Source of the DNA: Chiloscyllium plagiosum
Lineage: Eukaryota
Assembly: GCF_004010195.1 (NCBI RefSeq)
Contig: NC_057720.1
Span: forward strand, 27,032,611 to 27,096,610
DNA: 64,000 nt
Reading direction: 5' to 3'
Shown here: piece after piece, positions 37,288 to 50,987 of the stretch
Numbering within the stretch: position 1 is the stretch's first letter
Layout of the letters: every line of letters begins with the position of its first letter
Notes under the pieces: model-generated
What the model saw: only the letters and a program-made list of their open reading frames with translations
The model's database searches: none
What the model was told of the DNA's origin: nothing
Translations under genes and position numbers: made by a program

Positions 37288-37527
37288 GGTACTATTGGAA
37301 GAAGAGCAGGAGAACAATCCCAGTGCCCTGAAAAACATTTATCGCACGAAAATGGAATAGGCATTATCACATTGCTGTTTATGAGAGCTTACTGCGTATA
37401 AATTGGCTGCTGTGTTTCCTACATTATACCAGTGACTACACTTCCAAAAGACCTAATTGGCTGCAAAAGGTGTTTTGAGAGATCTGGTGATCATTGAATA
37501 CATTATAGAAATGTAAGTCTTCTTTTC
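37288..37527 (+). mobile_element. Deu-domain SINE 3' part
   Basis: cattatcacattgctgtttatgagagcttactgcgtataaattggctgctgtgtttcctacatt..atagaaatgtaagtct. Confidence 0.75.
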
Positions 37528-37729
37528 TCTCAGCAGTTTGATCAGATGCTCAATACACTGCACAGATACAAGCAATGAATTTCCCTTGAGATGTCTGACT
37601 GAAAGCTATTTGGCAGATTTCCAAATACTTCCTTAATATGCTGATATTGAACCGCTAAACATATTGTCAACAGTCCTTCATCCATGGTTTAGTAGTTCCC
37701 AAATACAACTATTCCAATGTTCTCTAAGC

Positions 37730-38192
37730 TATTTTCCCATCTTCACCCCTTGCTGCCTGTATTCCAACTCACATCAGAGTCCTACTCATCCGCAACTCCT
37801 GTGCTCATTACATTGTCCATGACACTTCAACTTTTAAAAAGTCATCCCAGTATTCAAATATCACATTGGTCTGGCCCCATGCTATTCCTGAAACCTTCTC
37901 CTGCCATGCAACCTTCTATGATGAGTGCACACTTTGTATTCCAGCCTCTTGTGTGTTTCCAATATTCATCGTCCCTGCATTGTTGATATTATCTTCAATA
38001 GCCTCGGCTTTAAAGCTCTGGAATTCTCACCTTAGAAGTCCTAGTCTCTATGCCGCTCCCTCCACCTTTAAAACACTTCCTTAAAGGCTAGAATTTTCTC
38101 CAGATTTTTTATCATCTGCCTTGTGTTGACTCAGTCGGAAATTTTGTCTGATCATGCTGCTGTGAAGCAACACGGGCTATTTTGCTACATTG
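37730..38192 (+). mobile_element. L2 LINE 3' fragment
   Basis: aagctctggaattctc..tccacctttaaaacacttccttaaa (LWNS..STFKTL); ctgtgaagc tail. Confidence 0.6.
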
Positions 38193-38193
38193 A

Positions 38194-38437
38194 ACATTCT
38201 TTCACGCAGAGGGTGGTACGTGTATGGAATGAGCTGCCAGAGGAAGTGGTGGAGGCTGGTACAATTGCAACATTTGAAAGGCATTTGGGTGGGTGTATGA
38301 ATAGGAAGGGTTTGGAGGGATATGGGCCGGGTGCTGGCAGGTGAGACTAGATTGGGTTGGGATATCTGGTCGGCATGGACAGGTTGGACCGAAGGGTCTG
38401 TTTCCATGCTGTACATCTCTATGACTCTATGACTCTA
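38194..38437 (+). mobile_element. HER1/CR1 LINE 3' end
   Basis: FTQRVVRVWNELPEEVVEAG; (actctatg)n tail. Confidence 0.9.
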
Positions 38438-38844
38438 TTTTAAGTACAAGTCAGTATTTTGTGGGGCCACACCCTGAATTCAGAAATGGAAAGAGACCCC
38501 ACATTGATCACTATATTGTACCTTTTCACTTCTGCTCTATGCATCACCTCCTTCCCATGCATCTACTGTCCTTGTCCTTCTCAGTGATTGAAATGTGTCA
38601 ATGGAGGAGTCTTGGTCATTGTTATCATGCATCTTATAGATGGTGCACACTACTATCACTGTACATCAGTGGTGGTGGGAGTGAATGTTGTATGTGGATG
38701 ATAAGGTGCTGATGAAGCAGGCTGCTTGGTCCGAAATACAATGGATTACAGGTCCCAGTGACATTACCATTTCACCATCACCTCCCATTTGCTTCCCTTT
38801 CAGGGTCAAATTGAATCTTGGGCTTTGTTCATTAGAATAAAAAA

Positions 38845-39330
38845 GTAGGGAAGTTTGCTGCAAATGTACTAGGCTTTGGTGAGACAGCACCTGTGTGAAG
38901 ATTTGGTCACTTCACTTAAAGAGGATCACATTTGCACTGGAAGTAATTCAGAGAAGATTCACTCAACTGATTCCTGGGATCAGTGGTTTCTCTCAAAAAG
39001 AAAGGTAACAGCTGAGCCTATTCGAAAAATGAGAGATGATCTTATCGAAATGCTTAAGATTCTGATTTGAGTTGTTGGTGGATATTTCCCCTCTTACCAA
39101 TATGTAGAACTAAACGATACAATTCGAAAATCAGGGTGCCTCTTTTCAGACAGAGATGAGAAACTTTAGGGGATTATTAATGTTTTAGAGTTTTATACTC
39201 CAGACAGCGGTGGAGGTTGGAATATTGAATATTTTCAAAGCTGACTTAACCAAAGCTTTGATATATAGGATTGTGATGGACAGCATGAAATTGGATTTAA
39301 AGAGACAATCAGATCAGTTATGATTTTACC
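38845..39330 (+). mobile_element. Old CR1 3' fragment
   Basis: Decayed ALVRQHL and MRDDLIEMLKIL motifs. Confidence 0.65.
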
Positions 39331-39919
39331 CAATGACTTACTGCTATGATAATCTACATCTTGTGAGATATGTGTTTTTCATGAATCCCACCTTCATTCT
39401 GCACTGGTCATGAGCTGTATCTCCTAGAAGCAGATACCAAACAGAAATACATTCCAATAAGGAATGAGAGAAGACACCTATCCTCTAAGTACTCAGGCCA
39501 AAGGGGTCTTGTGTTTACCTGTGAGTGTGCAACATGTCTGGAGTTAGTGTTGTGTTTGGTGTGGTCTCCTCGTCACCTTTAGATTGCTAAATAACAAAGG
39601 AATTTCAGAGCTTCCTGATGAAACCTGTGTGTGCCTTTGTAATTAGAAAGAATTTGAAAAGCTGAAATACTTGCTGTATATTCTCTCTATGTGACATTCC
39701 TCAAGCCATAGTAAATACACAAACGTGAACCAGAAGGTAAAACTGCAAAATTGAATGAAATTCAATGAGACTTACCTGGGAGCTTTCCAAGAATCAACAG
39801 ATAACCACCCTGTCTGTTTCCAAATTTAATGCACACATCAGTCTAATCGTACAGGTTTCTGTCAGAAGTTTAGCTCTCTGCTCCAAAAATGACTACACTT
39901 CTTTGCATTACCTCTGAAT

Positions 39920-40247
39920 TGATTCAATTTGATTTGATTTGATTTATTGTAGTCACATGTATGGATGGTAGGTTGGCTTCCATGATGATCTGGGCTGTGC
40001 TCACAGCTGTCTGCAGCTTCTTATCATCCTTGGCACAGCAGTTGCCATACGAGAACTGTTATAGAAGCTTTCTCTGGTGCATTTGTGAAAGTTGGTGAGG
40101 GTCCTAATGGGCATGCCGCCTGAGGAAGAAGAGATGTAGCCATGACTCCTTAGCCGTTACATCTACATGGGAGGTCCAGGGTAGACTGTCAGTTAATACC
40201 ACTCCTAGGAACTTGATGCTTTCCACCCTCTCCACCTCAGCTCTGTG
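39920..40247 (-). mobile_element. Rex1/Babar LINE 3' fragment
   Basis: Minus EVERVESIKFLGV..WTSHV..TLTNFHKC..YGNCCAKDDKKLQ; (atcaa)n tail. Confidence 0.8.
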
Positions 40248-41452
40248 TAGAATTTGTTCAGAATGACACAGTTCTCATGTCTGTTTTTCTTCTTAGCCAG
40301 TACTCTCACTTCATTAGCAAGACAGCTTTAACGGTAATCAGCAGCTCTTTAATATCTGCTGGTACCCATTGCTCCACTCCTGATGTGTATGGGCTTTTGG
40401 TGCACCATGTGCTCTATGTTATGTGTGCCTCAATAATATATGAACGGAAAGACCTCACATTACAGTCCAAGGTCATGCAGCACTTAAGCAACAGTGATTC
40501 GAGTGCCTTTGCGGCAGGGCTATATTTTCAGTCCCATAAGAATTTTATAAGATAAGCAAACAGGCAGCTTGAAACATAGTGACTAGTAAGATGGATGGAA
40601 AAGATAGTGAAGGAAGATATTTTAAAATACTTTGATGTGCAATCTTCATGCATTTTGAAAAAGATTCTGCAGCAATAAATTTGTGCACTGGACGCCTATA
40701 TTTTTGACAGAAGATCTTAAGAATCTATAGTATTTGGTAGATGTCCTCCAACCTTTCTTTAAAAGCACAGCAATGTCTAATAACTAGGAACATGTATTTG
40801 AGGTGTTTGATTTATAAAGTGCTAATTTATGGCTGGGCAAACCTAATTGATGCAGGTTTTATAGCAGTACATGCACAGACTTGTTCCTGCCACTGTGGTT
40901 TACTGCAAGAAATTACTAATGAAAGGCTTGCTTCTACATCACGTGCTGTGCTTGTTGTCATGGAAATGGGTCCAAGACATATCGGTGGCAGATTTTATTG
41001 TTTGATTCTTAAATATATTGTGAAAATAAACTGTTAAAATATTATTCAGACTTTAAAAAATGCATGTTTGTAAACACAAAGACCTGAATAAATGTTAAAG
41101 TTTATATCAGCATAAAAGAACTGACACAAGGAACCAGCAGCAAATTTTGATTTTATTTCATTTTATGATTTATCATGTCCCTATAATTATTTTCTTATCA
41201 TTCTCTATTCATTTTGATTCTTATTAAAGATAGGAGTCACAGCAGCATAGAAAAGTTACCCTTCTTTTTGCCCATCCCATGTGTTTGTGTAGTTTTTTTC
41301 ATCATTTTACAGACTAACTTGTTTATTAGCAGGAAAACAGGAAGCAAACATGATTGATAACTAAGATACAAATTTCAGCATGGGATCCAGTCTGACAAAT
41401 ATTTAATTGCAACTTATTTTACTCTAACAGAGAAAGTGCAATAACTAAACTA

Positions 41453-41648
41453 CAGTTGGTTCTGCTATAACGCAGCAGTTCCGTACTCACACAATCCCAT
41501 GCAAATCACATAATAGCAGCAACACTTAAACTAATGGGGCCGGAGTGGTATTATAACTAACACACACTTTTAAACAATGACCCCAGTTTGTCAATCGCGT
41601 TATAGCAAATTCACATGAACGAAATGCACGTAATAGCAGAACGATCAG
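41453..41648. mobile_element. TA-flanked MITE (Tc1/mariner-pogo type)
   Basis: TA|cagttggttctgctata..tagcagaacgatcag|TA imperfect TIRs; internal gtcaatcgcgttatagc shared with 49663-49860. Confidence 0.65.
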
Positions 41649-41752
41649 TAACATCTTTAATCATACGCCTATCTCAATCGATGGAAAGTAGTACCCTGAA
41701 GAGTATCTAATTGATGGACAATTTTGCCTTAGCCAGATCTGTGTTAACATAG

Positions 41753-41992
41753 TTAAAAATCACACAACACCAGATTATAGTCCAGCAGGTTTATTTGGAA
41801 GCACTAGCTTTCGGAGCACTGCTCCTTCATCAGTAGCTACGTAACCCTAAACCTATCGCAGCTGACAAACACCTGACGAAGGAGCAGCGCTCCAAAGGCT
41901 GGTACTTCCAAATAAACCTGCTGGACTATAACCTGGTGTTGTGTGATTTTTAACTTTGTCCACCCCAGTCCAACACCGGCTCCTCCACATCA
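41753..41992. mobile_element. Fold-back Penelope-like tail insertion (family B)
   Basis: Inverted arms about 41751-41833 and 41873-41955; TSD tgtgttaacatag at 41740-41752 and 41993-42005. Confidence 0.85.
41802..41833 (-). ncRNA. Minimal hammerhead core (family B)
   Basis: Reverse complement CTGATGA-A-GGAGC(AGT)GCTCC-GAAA-GC-TA-GTG; core intact but the 5' strand of stem I is lost in this arm. Confidence 0.6.
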
Positions 41993-43204
41993 TGTGTTAA
42001 CATAGACAGCAATGGAGTCAACATAGAGAAAAGTGAAAAGAGATTCAAGCAGGGTGTTTAATGACAGTGGATCTGTGTTGCTAGTTGTTAATCTTCTGGC
42101 TGTGCCCCAAAAATACCCCCATTGTTTTTAATTGAGTGCTGTTTCCCTGAACAGTGTGAAAGGAAAAGTCACATCCAGCTGTGCTGAATGACTAATACAG
42201 CATCTCAATAGTGTTCCCAAGTTCACTGGTGACATTTACTTCAATTGCACTGAGGTTTGGCTTCATTTAAATGCTCAGTGTTTTACATGAATACTCAAAT
42301 TAGCAACCAACTGTAGAAAATGATCAGAGGCTACCTGGAAGTCGGATGGTGCCTGATAAGGGTCACAGTCAGGGTACAACATACTTGGCGCATGCCTGAA
42401 AAGGTTGGCAACAGGAGAAGAGCAAACTGGTCGACCAAGTCGCAGTTGTGGGCCCAGTGACAGCTCATTTATCTTGACTGGGGGCAGGAAGCAATACTGG
42501 TCAATGCTGGCTGAGGACCTGAGGTGAGTTCAGGAGTGGGGCTGCAAGACAGTGAAGGTTAATAAACCACATTCAGTGTTGTACTTTTGATTAAGCTTAA
42601 CATTTTGGTGGCAGTCTCTGCTATTGCTTTAATGTAGTATTGTTGATCCATACTTGGACATCCTGAACACATGTGAGCCTAGCAACTACGACAGTCAGCG
42701 CAAATTAATTTCCAGTTTGGCTAGTTAGAATAATTAGTGTAAGCTTCGGGTTGAAGGTATTCCTAAAGTTTGATTATGTCACATCAGCATTTATCTTATA
42801 AAGTTTTTATTCCCTGTGGTTGGAATTTTTTTGCAGTTTGTACCAAAGGTTGTTGTGAAAAACATTTCAACAATCAAGAGCTCGCCTATGAGTTGTTGGA
42901 AATATAAAACCAAGGACTGGGAAAGGATTATCAAAATGCCTTTGAGAGGAATTTTGAACTTCAATATCTAACTAGTAGTAATGGGTGTAACAGCACTAAC
43001 AGCATTAACTTGCATTTACGTAGTAAAGTAACATAATAAAATGTCTGTAAGCATTTCTCAGAAGCACTGAAAAATTTGATACTGAACACTAAAAGGACAG
43101 GCACATAGCCAAAAGTATTGTCAAAGAAGTAGGTTTTGAGGAGAGTCCTAAAGGTTTAAAGGGAGGAAGAAAAAGATTGCGAAAGAATTCCAAACCTTAA
43201 GTGG

Positions 43205-43808
43205 CTAAGAAGGCATTTAGTATGCTTGCCTTCATTGCTCAGACCTTTGAGTACATGTTGAGGTTGTACAGGGCACTGTTGAGGCCTCTTCTGGAATACT
43301 GTGTGCAGTTCTAATTGCCCTGCTGTATGAATGATTTTAAACTAGAGAGGGTTCAGAAAAGATTTAGCAGCATGTTGCCACGAATAGAGGGTTTAGGTTA
43401 TAAGAATAGGCTTGATAGCTGGGACTTTTTTCACTAGAGTGCAGGAGATTGAGGCTTAACGCTTCTGGAGGTTTATCAGCTCATGAGGGGCACAGATAAG
43501 CTGAATAGCAAGGTTTTTTTTCCTTAGGATGGGAGAGTTCAAAACTAAGGGGCATATTTTTAATGTGAGAGGAGGAAGTTTTAAAAAGGGGCAACCTTTT
43601 TACACAGAAAGTGGTTCATGTGTGGAATGAACTGCCAAAGGAAGTGATGGATGCAGGTACAGTTACAACATTTAAAAGAAATTTGGATAGGTACATGAAG
43701 AGGAAAAGTTTAGAGGGCTAAACACAGGCAAGTGGGAATGTTTAGTTTGGGAAACTTGTTCGGTGTGAACTAGTTGGACTAAAGGGTCTGTTTCCATGCT
43801 ATTACTAT
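43205..43808 (+). mobile_element. CR1/HER1 3' portion inserted in an older minus-strand L2-like fragment (about 43000-44230)
   Basis: ttgaggcctcttctggaatactgtgtgcagttc, tggaatgaactgcc, aagggtctgtttccatgct. Confidence 0.8.
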
Positions 43809-45354
43809 AACTTTGAAGCTTTGGCAGCTGAAGACATGAATGGCAATCGTGAAACAATTAATCCTGGGGATGCTCAAGAAGCTATGCTTTTGGGATGGAG
43901 CAGATACAACGATTAGGATGGATTTGAAAAGAAGAATTTTAAAATCAAGGTGTTGCTGAACTGAGAGGCAATGTAAGCCGCTAGCACAGAAGAATTACGT
44001 AAATATGATTGTGAAAGTAGGCACAAGGGTAGAAGGATTGGACCTCCCATCTTCCACAGTTTATGAACTAGGGAAGATGGAAGGTCAATCCAAAGTGTTT
44101 TGTAGTAGTCAAGTATAGAGATTTTAAAAAAAGGAATGGATGAAGGTCTCAGAAGTTGAGGTTGACTTGGGTGGTTTAAATGAGATTGAAGTGGCACTGT
44201 TAGTGATGATGCAGACATCGAGTCAAAAACTTGATTGGGGGATTTAATATATTCTGGGTGGGGCACATAAATGTACACTTTGTTCACTGTGTAGCTTTTG
44301 TATGTCTCTCTGTCAGCTGCTATACATAGATCTCAAAAATGAGGGATTCATTTATACCAGCCCTGACTTCTACATATCACATATAAAGCTATGATGGGTG
44401 CTTTTTTGTTGGGATGCAGCATGTAGTGTCGGTTAGGTTGCAACCACACCACTTTCGCATATACCCCAAACTCATTCCCATAACACAGAGGGTGAACAGA
44501 TGTTGAATTCAGCAGGTTACCCTTCATATTCAAGTAACTAATTAAGGCCCAAATGAGCTTGTTTAAAGCCCATGTGTGATTTATACTCATAATTAGTATT
44601 AATCACTGTATGTTTGGGTTCCTGGTTTTTGAGAGTTTGTAGAGTATCTACATTTAATAATTAATTTGTAAGTATTTCTGCAGACAATGGTGATTTATTT
44701 TAAAACAGTTTTTGAGGTCTGACTTTAGGGTGAGTGGGTTTTGAGCACTTAGAGTGCAGAGTTAGCCCCAGACCCACACTATTAGGATAAAATTCTGAAG
44801 ATAAATCCTTAAAGTTGAGTACATTTAAACAGGTCTAGAGCAGTTGGATCCTGACTAGAGTGGCCTGGAGCCAAGGCCCGACGTGGACTGGAGGCTAGAT
44901 GCCAGCGTGGTCTGGGTTGGAAGACAGCTGCTCTGAACTTTGATTTCTGCAGTGCTGGACATGTAATTTCTCCATTTTCTAAGATCTTGTAACTGAAGAA
45001 GCTGTACCTGGGTACATCTGTACCTAACATGGCATTGTAAGTGGCGATGTATAAACTTTTCATTGTACTCATTTGACAATAAAACTCATTCAGTTCACCA
45101 GGAGGAAAGTATCTGCAGTTCCTGTCTTAAAGTTGAAGGTGCAAGAAACTTAAACCACCCAAGGTGTTAGATACAGGGACACTGGTGTGAGTAACTATTC
45201 TGGAAACAGTCCCAGGGCTGTGTATTGGGTACTGTTTTGTTTCTTTTCAATGTATAAAGAAGGGTTTTGGGATTAATAAAATTATACAGCATACACACTC
45301 CAACAATGCCACCCCCACTTTTGCAAGAATGTTGTCCCCTCCACACATAATATT

Positions 45355-45500
45355 AGCTCTGATGAAGAGTCATCCAGAATCAAAACATTAGCTTGCCCTC
45401 TCTCCATGGATGTTTCCTGACCCACTGTGATCTCCAGCACTTTTTGGTTTCAGTGCAGTTCCCAGTATGTTGCAGTTCTGCAGTATGTTGCTCCTATACT
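45355..45500 (+). mobile_element. Old Penelope-like tail with decayed hammerhead
   Basis: agct-ctgatga-a-gagtc(atcca)gaatc-aaaacatt-agct. Confidence 0.7.
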
Positions 45501-47299
45501 TGCACTGTTGGTTCAAAAATCTTTGAATGTGTATTAGAAGCAGATGGTTTGGTTTATTGTATTTTATCTTCATGTCTTTTGTTAACAAACTTATGCCTTA
45601 TTGTTAAAGCAAAATCTGTAGCATTGCAGCTAATGTTTCGGTATGAGACCAAGTTGTTAAAACCAAAACAAATCAACATATGATCTGTCAAACCAGGTTC
45701 CACTTTGGCATCTCATTTGTCCAATAATGACATCAGCTGAGATTATAACGCAATTCAATTCAATATTACACTGGCTGTGACATGAAATGGCTGGTCTGGG
45801 CAGGCATATGAGGGTGGAATTCCATTTGTGATTTAAAAAGAATTCTTAAAATGGTGGGAAAGAAGGGGATACTATCTTCAGAAGGATGCATATTTTCTGT
45901 GAGGAACATTCCCTGAAAAGGTAGCACTGCCTGTTTTGCTACATGCGTATACATTAAAACCCACTTTCCCAACACCCCTGGACACACCTGCNNNNNNNNN
46001 NNNNNNNNNNNNNNNNNNNNNNNNNNNNNNNNNNNNNNNNNNNNNNNNNNNNNNNNNNNNNNNNNNNNNNNNNNNNNNNNNNNNNNNNNNCAAAAGATGG
46101 TTTCTAAAACAAGAGGGATATATCTTTGAAAGTGACGAGTTTAGAGAGCTACAAAGACAGGACTGAACAATGACACTTGCTAGGTAGCTTTATCAGGAGT
46201 CGTACAGACATAGTGGTCGAATGGTCTCCTTCTGTACTGTAAATTTCTGTAATTCTAACACACTGTCCACATGTTGAGTGATGAGCATGTGTTGAGAAAG
46301 AACTGTGTGGATCTATCTCCCAGACAGGAGAGATACCAATGAGTTCAATCTTTTCTTAAAAGGGTAGCATGTATAGTTAACAAACCAATATCTAAAACCT
46401 TGGCCAGTTGTTTTATGTTTAATTGTGTTTGGTATTCATTGCCCAGTAGGATGGTTGAGGCTGAAATCCTCAAGTCATATTGAAGGAACATGGATCGCCA
46501 TCTGAAAGACTGCAGACAAGATGCTGGTAAATGGGATTAGACTTGTTGGCCAGTTTATTCATCTGGCACAGACATGATGGGCTGGCTGGACTTTTTCTAT
46601 GCTGTAACTTTGTGAAGTTTCTATAGTTAATGATTATGGATGTTAAGGTACAAATAGTGCATTTTATGACAACATTTGATTTAGAGTAGTGAAAAGAAGA
46701 GGTAATATGTTAAAACCCTATTTCCTGTGCTTGTTGAAAGGATGCACGAATGCATTGCAATTAGATGTTGTTGGACACAATTTGGCGAGGTTTGCTGAAA
46801 ATACTGAATATGGTGGTCAATGTGTCAATACCTGTTGTACCAATGGTGTCTTGATTTATCATACAAGAATGAATTTGGTGAAATGGTCAGTCAGTAGAAA
46901 ATGATTTTGTCCTTAGACATGGAAGATATCTGTTGCTATCTTGAATCACAGCTCAGATGGAATCTTGTGTGGAAGGAGAGGATGTCTTGGTGGTTCAAGT
47001 TAATGGAATTGACATACTTCACCAGACTTGATTAACTGATTGATGTCCTTATTAATCTCAGACCAATATATGGATTCACATGCCAATCACTTGTTTTTTT
47101 TGTCTGCCCCAGAGCCATATGATCCAGCATTGGTAGAGCTTACAGAATTGCAACTTATTTACTCTCAAAGATTATATTCTTGGACAGGTGTAGTTGGTCT
47201 CTGAAAGAATGTACAAGTTTGTGAACCAGTTGGAATCAGTGTTCAGGACCTCACTGATGATGATCTTTGTAAGCTGTCACAGCTGGTCATCATCTGATG

Positions 47300-48415
47300 T
47301 AGCTTGTTAAATCGGCTTTGCTTGGCTATGATCAAAATGTATGAAATCTCTATGGCTGTCTGGAATCTTCGACTTATCAGTTGACAGACTTATCACCTCA
47401 GGGATCCAAAATGCATGTAGATCCATGCACAATGGCAAATTGAAAAAGGAAGTGGCAGAATCAAGCAAAGTCTTGGACTTAAATGTAGAGGATATGATCA
47501 AGGAGCTCACAGATGACACAAAAATATTTACAGTGGTGCATTGTGAGGAGAGTAGCTGTAAACTGCATGAGGACCTCAATGGACTGGTCAGGTGGGCAAA
47601 GCATTAACAAAGGAAATTCTATCTGGAAAATTGTGATCTAGTGCACTTAGGTAGAGCTAACAAGGCATGAAATTACATTATGATTTGTAATAGCCTGGAA
47701 AGAACTAAAGATTAGGTGGACTTCAATGTACATATCCACAGATCTCTGAAGATAAGAAACTGGTATATAAGGTGGCTAACAGGCATAGGGAATATTTGCC
47801 TTTATTAGCCAAGAGCAAGGAGGCTATGTTCGAATGAATAAAAATATATATTTCGAGAGAAACTCGGCGCATCTGGCAGCATCTGTGGAGAGAAAACAGA
47901 GTTAGCATTTCAAGTTCCATGATGCTTCTTCAGAACTAGGTTATGCTGGAACTGTATAAAATGTTGTTTAGGCCATTCTGTAGTACTGCATGCAGTTCTG
48001 GTCACCACATTATAGGAAGGATATGACTACACTAGAGACAGTGCAGAGAATACCAAGATGGTGTCTGGGCTAGAGAGTCTGAGCCATGAGGAAATATCAG
48101 ATTGGGTGGAATTGTTTTTTTGGAGCAGCAAAGATAAGAGGAGACCTGATTGACATGAATTTTATGAGGGGTATAAGTAAGGTGGATAAGATGGCACTTT
48201 TTTGAGAAGTAGAGGATCAAAACCAGGGGACAGTTAAGGTAGGAGGAAGAACCTAAGAGGGATGTTGAGGAAAACTCTTTATGGGATTTTGAAAATCATT
48301 GCTTAAAAGCTTGGTTAAATCAGAAAATCTTGAATCGTTTAAGCAGTATTTAAATATTCTCTTGCATTGCCAAGGACGCCAGGGCTCTGAGCCAAGAGCT
48401 CCAAAGTGGGATTAA
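47300..48415 (+). mobile_element. Old CR1 fragment with nested Penelope-like tail (47845-47937, -)
   Basis: SGIQN..ELTDDTKI..LNGLVRWA; nested reverse complement ctgaagaagcatcatggaacttgaaatgcta. Confidence 0.7.
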
Positions 48416-48954
48416 TGTTTATGTGTTCTTTAAACTATAATTTCTTCAATGAGTGCTTTAGGACAATATTATCTCCCCTTTTTAATCAAGTCAGTAGCCT
48501 CTCTTTTTTTGTAAGAGAGGGAGGGAGATAAAGAGAGCAAGAGATAGTAATCATTGTACTTAAGTACAGGCTTGTAGCTTTTAATTCTCGTTGCATTACT
48601 TTAGTTTTGGTTGTAGTTATAGCTTCAGCTCTGAACTTGGACACATTGATGGTTGACTGCTAGAAATACTGTGATTTCTTCAGCTTTCAAGATTCCCTTA
48701 GTGCCACTAACTAGCTGTTACAACTAGCTTTTAATGCAAACCTACTTCACCCATAACACTGTTTGTGTTTCTATATACATTGGCCGTGTGGCCTATGCCA
48801 CAGATAGTGGGGGTCTGTTGAGACTTCTCAAGGGCAAATAGGGAAGGGTAATAAATGCTGGCCGAGCCAAAATTACCCACATCCCTTGAATAAATAATGA
48901 AAGAAAATAGTCAGATCTCTTGAACATTATTTATAATACTAACTACTCACAATA

Positions 48955-49583
48955 TTGTCATTTATTTCAAGAGGGTTAGAATGTAAAAGCAGTTATGTGC
49001 TACTGAGACTTTATAAAGCTCTGGTTAGGCCCCATTTAGAATACTGTGTCCATTTTTGGGCCCCATACCTCAGGAAGGACATACTGGCACTGGAGCATGT
49101 CCAGCAGAGATTCACACAGATGATCCCTGGAATGGTAGGCCTAACATACGATGAACGGCTGAGGATTGTATTCGTTAGACTTCAGAAGGTTACAGGGAGA
49201 TCGAATAGAAACTTACAAGATAATGCATGGCTTAGAAAGGGTGGACACTGGAAAATTGTTTCTGTCAGGTGGGGGTACTAGGATTCATGGGCACAGCCTT
49301 AGAATTAAAGGGAGTCAATTTAAAACGGGAAGAGGAGACATTTCTTCAACTGCAGAGTGGTGGGCCTGTGGAATTCACTGCCATGGAGTGCAATGGAGGC
49401 CGGGACGTTAAATGTCTTCAAGGCAAAGATTGATAAATTCTTAATCTCGCAAGGAATTAAGGGATACAGGGAGAGTGCGAGTAAGTGCATTGAAATGCCA
49501 ACCAACTATGATTGAATGGAGGAGTGGACTCGATGGGCCGAATGGCCTTACTTCCACTCCTATTTCTTATGGTCTTATGGTCT
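48955..49583 (+). mobile_element. CR1 LINE 3' portion
   Basis: LYKALVRPHLEYCVHFWAPYLRKDILALE; (cttatggt)n tail. Confidence 0.92.
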
Positions 49584-49662
49584 AACATAACCAACTGACA
49601 ACATTGACTGAATTACACATTACATATAAAGAATGACTGAAGATGAAGTGGGTACTGTAATA

Positions 49663-49860
49663 CAAGTCGTTTTGCTGCAGCATGACAATTGTGTTCCTCT
49701 GCAACCTCATGCTATAGAAAACCTCGACAGAAAATCGCTAGTAGAAAATCACTATACCCATTCATAGAAAGTTCTCATTATCTGAACAACACCCACAATT
49801 CGTCAATCGCGTTATAGCCAATTCATGTTAATAAAATATGCGTTATAGTAGAATGACCTG
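49663..49860. mobile_element. TA-flanked MITE related to 41453-41648
   Basis: TA|caagtcgttttgct..agtagaatgacctg|TA; shared 3' internal motif. Confidence 0.6.
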
Positions 49861-50104
49861 TACCAGATTATCACATGTTGTGATGTCATGGAGCTATCTT
49901 AGAGGTATAGGCCTGTCTGGTCAGGAATCTATGACATAGTGCAATTGAACCCATGGAAAAGATAGTTGGATTTCTACTCGATCATTGATATGTTATGTAA
50001 AACTGCTGCAGTAAGTATAGTATTTGCCACCACTTCAAGTATGTGGTATTGGGCTAAAGGTGGTTGAGCTTTATTGCTGTCATTAATCCTCCATTGTCGA
50101 GCTA

Positions 50105-50288
50105 TCTTTAATCAACCTGTTCACAGATGATATGACACATCTCTAGTGCAGGAACCTGGGTCTCCTGACACAAAGACAGAGACTCTACCATTGGACCAAA
50201 AGGGTCCTTTAAGATGTTATTACACATGCTGGAGCAAGTGAGACTTGAAGCAGGACCTCCTGACCACCAATGCACTGCAAAAGCTCTT
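50105..50288 (-). mobile_element. Two adjacent short tRNA-derived SINE-like heads
   Basis: aatcaacctgttcacagatg..cctgggtctcctg..ctctaccattg; related pieces at about 2018-2140 and 32875-32940. Confidence 0.5.
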
Positions 50289-50793
50289 TCTTTCTCCTTT
50301 GTCTACACTTTATCTAGGACCCAACTAATCATCATTACTAAAGAATGGACCATTGGTGAGTCTTAACAGAAGATACACTTGTCTCAGTTAATAAGATGAT
50401 TCATTGCATGATAACAATAAGTATAACTTTCATTAAGAGACAGGCGTAATCACAAAGGACTTCCAGCAGCTGTACAGAACATATCTATTCCCAATGAAGG
50501 TGAGTGTTGAACTTAACTACCTCCACCCAAAGACTCTGTGACACCATCAAATTAAGTGGAGTTGATGCAACTTCAACATTAACTTTTGCAGAACCATTAA
50601 GTTATTCTTTCTTCTTTCAAGAGATGTGCAAGAACTTTCAAAAGCTGATTGGGGGCAGATGTTCACAAGTACAGGGATGGCTGGAAAATGGGAAGCCTTC
50701 AGAAATGAGATAACGAGAGTCCAGAGACTTCTGTTAGGGTGAAAGAAAAGGCTGGTATGTATCAGGAATGCTGGATGACTAAAGAAATTGAGG

Positions 50794-50916
50794 AGAAAGT
50801 GAGGACTGCAGATGCCAGAGGTCAGAGCTGAAAATGTGTTGCTGGAAAATCGCAGCAGGTCAGGCAGCATCCAAGGAGCAGGAGAATTGACATTTCGGGC
50901 ATGAACCCTTCTTCAG
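50794..50916 (-). mobile_element. Short Penelope-like tail (family A) starting at the hammerhead C3
   Basis: TSD taaagaaattgagg at 50780-50793 and 50917-50930; reverse complement begins ctgaagaagggttcatgcccgaaatgtc. Confidence 0.88.
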
Positions 50917-50987
50917 TAAAGAAATTGAGGGTTTGGTTAAGAAAAAGAAGGAAGCATATGTCAGGTATAGACAACATAGATCAAAGA

